DNA of 64,000 nt, from NCBI RefSeq assembly GCF_000142905.1, contig NW_013657645.1, positions 297,231 to 361,230 on the forward strand. Reading direction: 5' to 3'. This document shows positions 56,208 to 64,000 of this stretch, piece after piece. The position numbers were made by a program, and so were the translations under genes. The DNA is from Thecamonas trahens ATCC 50062. Lineage: Eukaryota > Protista > Apusomonadida. Each line of letters starts with the position of its first letter. Within the stretch, counting starts at the first letter, position 1. Below the pieces are notes generated by a model, which ran no database searches, was not told the origin of the DNA, and saw only the letters and a list, made by a program, of their open reading frames with translations.

Positions 56208-57539
56208 ATGGAGGGGGGACACCATGGCGGGTTCGACCACTTGGGTATGGGTGGAGAGAGCCACGGGCACGGACAGAGCCACGGGCAGAGCCACGGGCAC
56301 GGGCATGGACACGGCGGCGAGTGCGAGAGAGACGGAGACGGACGTGCCCATGGACACGGTCATAGCCATGGAGGAGAAGATCATGGGCATAGTCACGGAC
56401 AAGGGAATGGACATGGGCATGGGCATGGGCATAGCCATGGACACGACGACAACCATCATGGACACAGCCACGGCCACGGAGGCGGACACGACCACGGAGG
56501 CGGACACGATCATCATGGTCACTCACATTCTGGTGGTGGCAGTGGAACAGCGTCCTCCAACGGCATGTCGCTGGCGTCGGCATTGGCGTCGAGTCGGCAC
56601 CACATCCGGGTCTTGTGGAGCACGCCATCAACGCGAACACTGCTCCTCTTTGCCGTCATGGAGTTTGTCTTTCTCTGTGTGGAGCTCGTCTACGGCATGT
56701 GGGCCGAGTCGCTTGCTCTTGTCGCCGACGCTGTCCATCACACACTGGATGTCTTTGCGCTCACGGTTTCGCTCCTTGCGGCGGTTGTCTCGCGCCTCCC
56801 GCCGACCTTTGCCTACTCTTACGGCTTTGAGCGCGTCGAGGTCCTGGCCGGCTTCACTGTAGGGTCGGCCATTGCCTTTATCGGCCTCTTCCTTGTGGTC
56901 GAGGTGGTGGAGAAGGTGCTCGAGCCTACGGAGCCGTCGTCAGCACACGTCATTCCCATTGCGCTTGCCTCGCTTGCGCTCAACCTGGCGCGATGGGCGC
57001 TGATCCAGGACTACGCCTTCCTCCGGTCGGAGCGGCTGACGCCCAACGCCGCCGCGAGCTCGTCGACGCTCCTCCGGTCCGAGCTCGCGGCGCGCAATGC
57101 GGCCACGCCGCTGCCTGTCCGGCTTGCTCGCGAGAACGCCGCGTCGGTCGCGGTCATGGCTGCCGCCACCGCCGTCGAGTGGGGCTATCCCACCGCCGAC
57201 GTCATTGCCGCCTCGTTTGTCATCGTTCTCCTCATCGTCACCATCCTTCCGCTCATGCGCGACACCGGGCGGGTCCTGCTGCAGGCCAAGCCGGCGTCAA
57301 TCCGCGGCGTGCTGGACAAGGTCATGCGCGAGGCGTCGACGCTCGACGGGGTCCTCGAGGTCCGCCCGGACAAGTGCCACTTTTGGACGCTCTCGCCAGG
57401 CACCTTTGTGGGCAACATCTCGCTTCGCGTTCGCGAGGACGCCAACGAGCAGGTCGTTCTCCAGCATGTCCGATCCATGTTTGATCCGTTTGTCACTCAT
57501 CTGACAATCCAGATCGAGAAGGACGAGTGGGGCCAGTGA
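56208..57539 (+). CDS. Cation diffusion facilitator (ZnT5/6/7-like) with His-rich N-terminus
   Basis: SLALVADAVHHTLD, YSYGFERVEVLAGF, TGRVLLQ, HFWTL, HLTIQIEK; ~110-aa His/Gly tract. Confidence 0.92.
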   Translation: MEGGHHGGFDHLGMGGESHGHGQSHGQSHGHGHGHGGECERDGDGRAHGHGHSHGGEDHGHSHGQGNGHGHGHGHSHGHDDNHHGHSHGHGGGHDHGGGHDHHGHSHSGGGSGTASSNGMSLASALASSRHHIRVLWSTPSTRTLLLFAVMEFVFLCVELVYGMWAESLALVADAVHHTLDVFALTVSLLAAVVSRLPPTFAYSYGFERVEVLAGFTVGSAIAFIGLFLVVEVVEKVLEPTEPSSAHVIPIALASLALNLARWALIQDYAFLRSERLTPNAAASSSTLLRSELAARNAATPLPVRLARENAASVAVMAAATAVEWGYPTADVIAASFVIVLLIVTILPLMRDTGRVLLQAKPASIRGVLDKVMREASTLDGVLEVRPDKCHFWTLSPGTFVGNISLRVREDANEQVVLQHVRSMFDPFVTHLTIQIEKDEWGQ

Positions 57540-57828
57540 CTCCCATAACACCCCTGCTGCCATAGTAACCATTGGTACCGGCCGCACTACCGCTGCATCG
57601 ACTGCCTGCCTGCCTGCCTGCCCGCCTCCATCTGCCGATCACGATGCTCTCACTCTCTCCCCCGTCCCTTCCCTCTCTTTAAATTTCTACGATGACATCG
57701 CCATCGCCTGGCGTCTTCCTGGGCATGGCGTGTGTCTGCTCTCGCGCGACTGGAGTCGACAACCTCAGCACGGCGGCTGTGACTGCGGCAGGCCGGCAGC
57801 AGGCAACCACGAGCACCTCACCCCGACC

Positions 57829-59163
57829 ATGGCGGCGACAGTGGCTTGGCTCAGCAAAGCAGGGCCAGCAGACTACCTCCCACGGGAGCTCATGTTTATG
57901 ATCTTCTCGTACCTTCCGGGCACACACCTCGCAAAGGCGGCACAGGTCTGTTCAACTTGGCAGAGTCTGGCATACGACCCGCTGCTCTGGCGCCGGCTGC
58001 TGATGGCTGCTGCGGCTCCGGTGGTACTCGCGCCCAATCCATCGCCTCGAAAGGCGTTTATCACTCTGTTTCGTACTCGCAGGATCTGGCGCCGGAAGCT
58101 AGCTGGCGGTTCGTCACGGCCGCCACGGCCGATGGCCAAGCTCGCCGCTGCGGCCCCACCGCCGGGTTCTCAGGCCGCTCTTGCTGTGGCTGCCTCCCAC
58201 GAGCCCGATCCGAACCGAGTCACACACATTGCGGCTGCTGGCGATACGCTGGTGGTTGCCACCGAGGTTCATCCGGCGCTGCGGGCGTCGGCATTGGGGT
58301 CATCGGGACCGTCGGGCTCATCGGCGTCGTCGTTCCGCCGAGATGCACCGCGGATGGTTCTCGCGGTCTATGCTGGCGGCAATGTGCGGCGGCCGGTAGC
58401 CACGGAGCTTCTACCGGTTGTCGCCGGAAGTGTGTGCGTGGCGCAAACAGCACGCGGTGCTACGGTGGTTGTTGGCTGCGGCGGCTCGATGTATGCGTAC
58501 ATGCTGGCGAGCGGCAAGACCGAGCTGCGCCGGATCGGCAAGCTTGTTGCGCACCTCGGGCGAATCATTGCGCTCGCTGCCAGCGCAGGGCGCGTTGCAT
58601 CGGCAGGAAGTGAGGGCTCGATCAGTGTCTGGGACGCGCCACGCGGCACCATGCTCTTCCGCCACGAGATCGAGGCCGGCTTTGTGGGCCTTGTGGGGAG
58701 CAAAGTCGTTGTCGGTGAACCGTGCGCGGCGGCGATGACCGTGCTTGATGGCGAGTCTGGCGAGCTTCTTGCGCCTGCCGCCTTGCCGGACGACGCTGAA
58801 GGACGGATGGTGTCTTGGTGCTGTGTCCCGGGCGCCCCACGTGTTGCGGCTTCAACAACCCGTGGCCAAGTCGTTGTCTTTGATGTCACCGACGGCGCAC
58901 CGGTCGTTGTCCACAGTGTAGCCATTGCCTCGTGGCCAGACGCGTTTTTTGTGTCGATGGCGTTTGACAGTTGCGGGCACGCCCTCATCCTGGCTGATGA
59001 CACCAACGGACTGCACGTGGTGTCGACTGACGGGCGGGCGGTGCTGGGGGTCTCGACGGTGCCGGGCAAGTCATTGGCGGCGGTGGCGACTTGGCGCGGG
59101 CCCGACAGCCCAATGCTCGCGTGTGCCGGGCGCCGCGGTGTTGTTCACATCTACCGGACGTGA
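57829..59163 (+). CDS. F-box plus WD40-like protein
   Basis: LPRELMFMIFSYL..AQVCSTW..DPLLWR; AH.GRI.AL..VASAGSEGSISVWD. Confidence 0.85.
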   Translation: MAATVAWLSKAGPADYLPRELMFMIFSYLPGTHLAKAAQVCSTWQSLAYDPLLWRRLLMAAAAPVVLAPNPSPRKAFITLFRTRRIWRRKLAGGSSRPPRPMAKLAAAAPPPGSQAALAVAASHEPDPNRVTHIAAAGDTLVVATEVHPALRASALGSSGPSGSSASSFRRDAPRMVLAVYAGGNVRRPVATELLPVVAGSVCVAQTARGATVVVGCGGSMYAYMLASGKTELRRIGKLVAHLGRIIALAASAGRVASAGSEGSISVWDAPRGTMLFRHEIEAGFVGLVGSKVVVGEPCAAAMTVLDGESGELLAPAALPDDAEGRMVSWCCVPGAPRVAASTTRGQVVVFDVTDGAPVVVHSVAIASWPDAFFVSMAFDSCGHALILADDTNGLHVVSTDGRAVLGVSTVPGKSLAAVATWRGPDSPMLACAGRRGVVHIYRT

Positions 59164-59177
59164 GCACATTGTGTTGT

Positions 59178-60059
59178 TTAGTTGGGCATCTGAGCCTGAG
59201 CATCAGCAAACGGATAGACGGCCTCCATCTGGTTGGCGAGACTGTCAAGAGCGAGCTGGATGTCGGCCATCAGCTCGGCGACGCGCTCGCGGCGCGGGCG
59301 GGGGTCGTCGACATCGAGCGCGAGCGGAATGGGCTCGCCTACAATGACATGGACCCGCGTGGCGGTCCACGCCGGCAGCTTCCCGATCGGCTTGACGACC
59401 TGCATGCCGCGGTGGTAGTACGGGATGACAACGAGCTTTTGGCTGTGGTCTTCAGCGGCGGCAACGGCGGTTGCAGCAGTGACTGCGATGTCTGCTGCGC
59501 CGAATCGCAGCTCGCCAAGCGGCACGTTCTGCACCACCTTGCCCTCCGGGAAGATGTGAACCCAACCGCCGCGGACAAGCACGTCTGCCGCGACCCGCAG
59601 CGAGGCCTGGCGGAGCCCGCCGCCGCGGACGACAGGCAGCGCATTGCCGAGCTGAAAGTATGCCGCCAGCAGCGATCGCTTAAAGCAAATCTCCTCTGCG
59701 CACAGCACGATCCGCATCTTGGCCGGGTCGCTCAGCACGTCGGGCGGGATCATGGCGGCGATGAGGACTGGGTCGTCGAGGACCGAGTTGTGGTTGGCAA
59801 CGGAGAGCACGCCGATTGACTCGTCCCGGAGCGCGGCATGCATCGTCTCCACCGCGCCGTCCATGGTCACCTCATGTCGCCCCAGCAAGTACATCTTGGA
59901 CACCGCTGCCGTGCCTGTCAGCACCACCCGCCGGCCACGGGTGTTGTACCCGCCAGCCTCGGCCGAGGGCACGTCGAGCCACGCCGCCGTCTTGAGCGCT
60001 GCTACTGCCGCCACGGCACACGCGCCTACGGCTGCCACTGCCCCCGTCACCACCCGCAT
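59178..60059 (-). CDS. TAZ: Tafazzin-like phospholipid transacylase
   Basis: SVANHNSVLDDP, AEEICF, PVVRGGG, WVHIFPEGKV, PYYHRGM. Confidence 0.88.
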   Translation of the reverse strand: MRVVTGAVAAVGACAVAAVAALKTAAWLDVPSAEAGGYNTRGRRVVLTGTAAVSKMYLLGRHEVTMDGAVETMHAALRDESIGVLSVANHNSVLDDPVLIAAMIPPDVLSDPAKMRIVLCAEEICFKRSLLAAYFQLGNALPVVRGGGLRQASLRVAADVLVRGGWVHIFPEGKVVQNVPLGELRFGAADIAVTAATAVAAAEDHSQKLVVIPYYHRGMQVVKPIGKLPAWTATRVHVIVGEPIPLALDVDDPRPRRERVAELMADIQLALDSLANQMEAVYPFADAQAQMPN

Positions 60060-60311
60060 CTGCTGTCCATTGAAGTCGAGTCTCCGTCATGCGAGCTTGA
60101 GTCGGCGCTCAGCACTTGGGCTTGGGGCGTTGCTTGGCGAGATCGCTCTCAGTGTGAATCAACGTCATTGATGAATGTCGACGAAAAGAAGAGAAGAAAG
60201 AGGGGGAAGGGATGGAGGTGTGGGACGGTATGTGCGGAGGGTGTGAGCTGATTGTGGGGATGAGAGTGATGAAGTGGGTGAGGGTGTGGGGAGGAGCAAA
60301 AAAAATCAGTG

Positions 60312-60384
60312 AGATCCGAGAGGGTTTCGATCCCCCGACATTCAGCGTGTTAAGCTGACACTCTTCCAACTGAGTTATCGGATC
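60312..60384 (-). tRNA. tRNA-Val(AAC)
   Basis: GATCCGA..TCAGC-TTAACAC-GCTGA..TCGGATC, oligo-T downstream. Confidence 0.92.
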
Positions 60385-60409
60385 AGGAAGATATTATGGA
60401 AAAAAAGTG

Positions 60410-60482
60410 AGATCCGAGAGGGTTTCGATCCCCCGACATTCAGCGTGTTAAGCTGACACTCTTCCAACTGAGTTATCGGATC
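60410..60482 (-). tRNA. tRNA-Val(AAC), identical tandem copy
   Basis: Identical to the 60312-60384 copy; T7 terminator. Confidence 0.92.
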
Positions 60483-61409
60483 CTGTTAGAGACGATGAAA
60501 TTTTCAGTATTTATCTTGTTCATTGCTTTGCTCTGGATCGACTCTCCTCGCCGACCGCATCACACCGGCCACACGAGACGACCGGCCGTCGACGAGTGCA
60601 TGTGTGGTCTACCCGTGCTGGTCGTGTAGGTTGTGCAGCTCGTTTTCCGGCACAGCAGCCAATCTGGGCTCTCATTGTCGGCGGCGGGAGGCGCCGAAGA
60701 CAGGCAGACAGTGGCCCGAGATGGCTCGTGCGATCGAATCCGCGGCTTGTTGGCAAGGAGTCGAGCTCGGAGTTCCGAACTCTGCTGACTCCAGGCGGCT
60801 TGAACTCGGGGCTCTGCCTTGGTGCTGCAGTCAGCCGGCACCATCGGAGACGTGATCAACCGCTGCACGTCTGGTATCCATGAAGGATGCACGGCTAGGG
60901 TTTGCGGGAGGATGAAGTGATGCGGTTGAGACGGCTCAAGAGGACGATCCTGCGTACATACTACGGAGAGGGGGGGGGGGCGCGCTCAATCCACATGGGC
61001 ATTGCATTGAATTACTCAGCAACCGCGTGAAGAACCATGCTACAGCGACGAGAGCTGGCAGGGCCGTCGGCAACTGACGCGATAGGGACGAGTGCGACCG
61101 CCTTGGAGCTGGTGCAATCGCTAAGTGCCGCATCGTCATCAAACGCCAAGTTGGTGGTGGCGGTGATGCTGAGCGCGTCAAAGTCGTGGACCGTAATCGT
61201 GTCGCTCCGCGCGTCGCGCCTCTGGACACGCGTCGAGGTGAAGCTCTGGATGGCGGCTTCGGCGGCCACGGCACGCTCGACGTCAAGGTCAGCGACCTCG
61301 CGCTCAAGCGACGACGCAATCCGCCGTGCGCGGTCGTCCAGCGCCGAGTACGCGTGCTTATTGGCGCGCGTGATCTGCCGCATGTCGGTCATGATGGCGT
61401 GGATGGCGT

Positions 61410-61729
61410 GGGTTCCTCTACGGCATCATGTGGTCCGTGACGTCGTACATTACCCGCTTTGCTCATCCCGTCACGAAAGACGTCGGCGACTACTGGCAGA
61501 TCCTCATGAGTGTCGCGAGCCCGTCCGCCATTTTCACCACCGCCGCGTTCGGTGCTGCCACCGGTGTCGCGCCGGTGAGAACAGCTGCGACGGCAAACAC
61601 TGCTTCCGCGACTCGTTCCTCATGCTCGCGGTTGCCTCCGCAGTCCTCCTGGCCGCCTCGCTCGCCCTCACCCTCATCAACACCGTGTTCCAGGAGCGTG
61701 ACGACGGCAAGCGGCAAGCTCACTCGTAA
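61410..61729 (+). pseudogene. Frameshifted C-terminal fragment of a nodulin-like (NFD4/MCH1) MFS transporter
   Basis: GFLYGIMWSV..DVGDYWQILMS in one frame, then CDGKHCFRDSFLMLAV in another; no N-terminal half. Confidence 0.5.
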
Positions 61730-62089
61730 ACCAGATTTTGTCTTTATCCACAGAGGACGACGACGTCGACTCACCCGAGCTCGGATGCAGCACAGTCCAC
61801 TCCGCCACCGCGGAACCGGCCGATGTCCCGCACACTCTCGGTTGCCGGCCGAGCGGTCGCTCCGCTGGCTCGACGGCTTGACATTTCCTCGCATTTACTG
61901 TGCTGGCCAAGATGGCCAGCACATCGTGCCGATTGGCACGGTGATCCACATGTACAAGAGCGCCGTTCGATAGCCCGCGTACACACGAGATCAAGGTGAG
62001 AATTGGGCGCTCAGAGGGCGCCCCGTCGTCGTCGTCGTCGTCGCGCATCGTCGATCGGAGAGCCGACTGTGTCGAGGCCATCAGAGCGA

Positions 62090-62347
62090 GGTGGCAGCCG
62101 CTTTGATTCGCTCCGCTGGCCGGGGCCGGTGGCGTACATGGCGCCGGAGCAGCTGCGCGGAGCCGAAGAGGGTTTCGAGGGAGGCATCTTCACCTTTGGC
62201 ACGCTCCTCTACGAGATGCTCATGCGGGCGCCGGCGTTTGATGGCAGCAACGCCATGGAGATTGGCCGCCAGGTCCTCACCAGCAACGCTGCTAGTGCGA
62301 TGGCGGGTGATTCATCAAGCGGTGTTGGTCGAACGATCCGCTGGTGA
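62090..62347 (+). pseudogene. Protein kinase C-lobe fragment (subdomains VIII-X)
   Basis: G..AYMAPEQL..IFTFGTLLYEML..AF.G. The subdomain IX Asp is lost, and HRD, DFG and the N-lobe are absent. Confidence 0.6.
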
Positions 62348-64000
62348 GGCCCATGGCGCAGGAGGCTGCAGATGTGCTGGCGGCGGCGAGGATGCGGGCG
62401 CGGTGCTGGGGGGAGTAAAGGCGGTGGGTGTTATGGGTAGCGGCGGAGGATGATGGGGGGCGGTTGGAGAATACGGTGAGGAGGCGGTTGGGGTCGGAGG
62501 GGTGGGGATGGAGAGGCCGGTGTGGTTGGCAATGGTGATGCAGATGGAGCTGTTGCGTGAGTGGGTGGGATGGAGCGGCGGGCGTGGAGCCAGAAGGAGG
62601 AAGGGTGGCGGGCGTGGAGGGTGTAGCCGGTGGGGAGGGGTGCCACTCGAACGTCTCGCCGGAGTATGAGTGGGAGACCAGGACCGGCAGCTGGCCATCC
62701 GCACTCGGCAGCGCAATCACACCCCGCACACTGTTGGTGTGGCCCTCCAGCACCTCACAGAATGCACTGTCCGCGGTGTACTGCATGGCTCCCGTCTCGT
62801 CGTCCGCAGCATGCCACACCCGGATCGTGTAGTCCCACGACCACGAGACCAGGACAGGCTGCTGGCCATCCGCACTCGGCAGCGCAATCACACCCTCCAC
62901 ACGGTTGACGTGGCCCTCCAGCACCTCACAGGAGGCACCGTCGGCGGCGTACCGCATGGCGCCCGTCCCGTTGTCCGCAGGATGCCACACCCGTCCCGTC
63001 TTGTCGCCTGACCACGAGACCAGGACAGGCAGCTGGCCATTCGCACTCGGCAGCGCAATCACCCCCCCCACACGGTTGACGTGGCCCTCCAGCACCTCAC
63101 AGGAGGCACTGTCCGCGGTGTATCGCATGGCGCCCATCCCGTCGTCCGCAGCATGCCACACCCGGATCGTCTTGTCCTCCGACCACGAGACCAGGACAGG
63201 CAGCTGGCCATCCGCACTTGTCAGCGCAATCACACCCTTCACATACTTGGTGTGGCCCTCCAGCACCTCACAGGAGGCACTGTCCACGGTGTACCGCATG
63301 GCGCCCGTCCCGTCGTCCGCAGCATGCCACACCCGGATCGCGTTGTCTGTGTTCCGAAATCCACCAGACCACGAGACCAGGACAGGCAGCTGGCCATCCG
63401 CACTCGGCAGCGCAATCACACCCTGCACATACTTGGTGTGGCCCTCCAGCACCTCACAGGAGACACCGTCCGCGGTGTACCGAATGGCGCCCGTCCCGTC
63501 GTCCGCAGCATGCCACACCCGGATCGTGTTGTTCTTCGACCACGAGACCAGGACCGGCAGCTGGCCNNNNNNNNNNNNNNNNNNNNNNNNNNNNNNNNNN
63601 NNNNNNNNNNNNNNNNNNNNNNNNNNNNNNNNNNNNNNNNNNNNNNNNNNNNNNNNNNNNNNNNNNNNNNNNNNNNNNNNNNNNNNNNNNNNNNNNNNNN
63701 NNNNNNNNNNNNNNNNNNNNNNNNNNNNNNNNNNNNNNNCCGCACTCGGCAGCGCAATCACACCCTGCACATCGCTGGTGTGGCCCTCCAGCACCTCACA
63801 GGAGACACCGTCCGCGGTGTACTGCATGGCGCCCGTCCCGTCGTCCGCAGCATGCCACACCCGGATCGTCTCGTCCTCCGACCACGAGACTAGGAGAGGC
63901 AGCTGGCCATCCGCACTCGGCAGCGCAATCACACCATTCACCCAGCTGGTGTGGCCCTCCAGCATCTCACAGGAGGCATTGTCCGCGGTGTACCGCATGG
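62292..64000 (-). CDS. C-terminal part of a protein with highly conserved tandem WD40 repeats (HET-E/NLR-like), 5'-truncated by the window
   Basis: 171-bp (57-aa) units CEVLEGH..V.GVIALPSADGQLPVLVSWS.D.TIRVWH, at least 8 units with one inferred in the N-gap. Confidence 0.88.
   Translation of the reverse strand, partial: MRYTADNASCEMLEGHTSWVNGVIALPSADGQLPLLVSWSEDETIRVWHAADDGTGAMQYTADGVSCEVLEGHTSDVQGVIALPSAXXXXXXXXXXXXXXXXXXXXXXXXXXXXXXXXXXXXXXXXXXXXXXXXXXXXXXXXXXGQLPVLVSWSKNNTIRVWHAADDGTGAIRYTADGVSCEVLEGHTKYVQGVIALPSADGQLPVLVSWSGGFRNTDNAIRVWHAADDGTGAMRYTVDSASCEVLEGHTKYVKGVIALTSADGQLPVLVSWSEDKTIRVWHAADDGMGAMRYTADSASCEVLEGHVNRVGGVIALPSANGQLPVLVSWSGDKTGRVWHPADNGTGAMRYAADGASCEVLEGHVNRVEGVIALPSADGQQPVLVSWSWDYTIRVWHAADDETGAMQYTADSAFCEVLEGHTNSVRGVIALPSADGQLPVLVSHSYSGETFEWHPSPPATPSTPATLPPSGSTPAAPSHPLTQQLHLHHHCQPHRPLHPHPSDPNRLLTVFSNRPPSSSAATHNTHRLYSPQHRARILAAASTSAASCAMGLTSGSFDQHRLMNHPPSH

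Overview
GC-rich, gene-dense eukaryotic (protist) genomic DNA with few, short GT-AG introns and three assembly N-gaps. The gene set (EFL, flagellar CFAP70, cyclin A/E-type, tafazzin) and the sequence style are consistent with an apusomonad such as Thecamonas, which is an inference only. The window holds about 28 protein genes or fragments, two tandem pairs of tRNA-Val and several minisatellites. Top observation: a 1798-aa multipass membrane protein carries a circularly permuted Ras domain (G3-G4-G5-G1-G2) directly after an ~8-TM receptor-like module, an architecture unlike the described cpRAS-VWA and cpRAS-A2M proteins. Other highlights are an ANK-LRR-ROC-COR Roco protein with tandem TIR domains, HET-E-like hypervariable WD40 repeats, four tRNA-Val genes with initiator-like T-loops and U73, a 9-nt calmodulin microexon, a PIGBOS1-like microprotein, a Kelch-cytochrome b561 fusion and E2F-type sites upstream of the cyclin.
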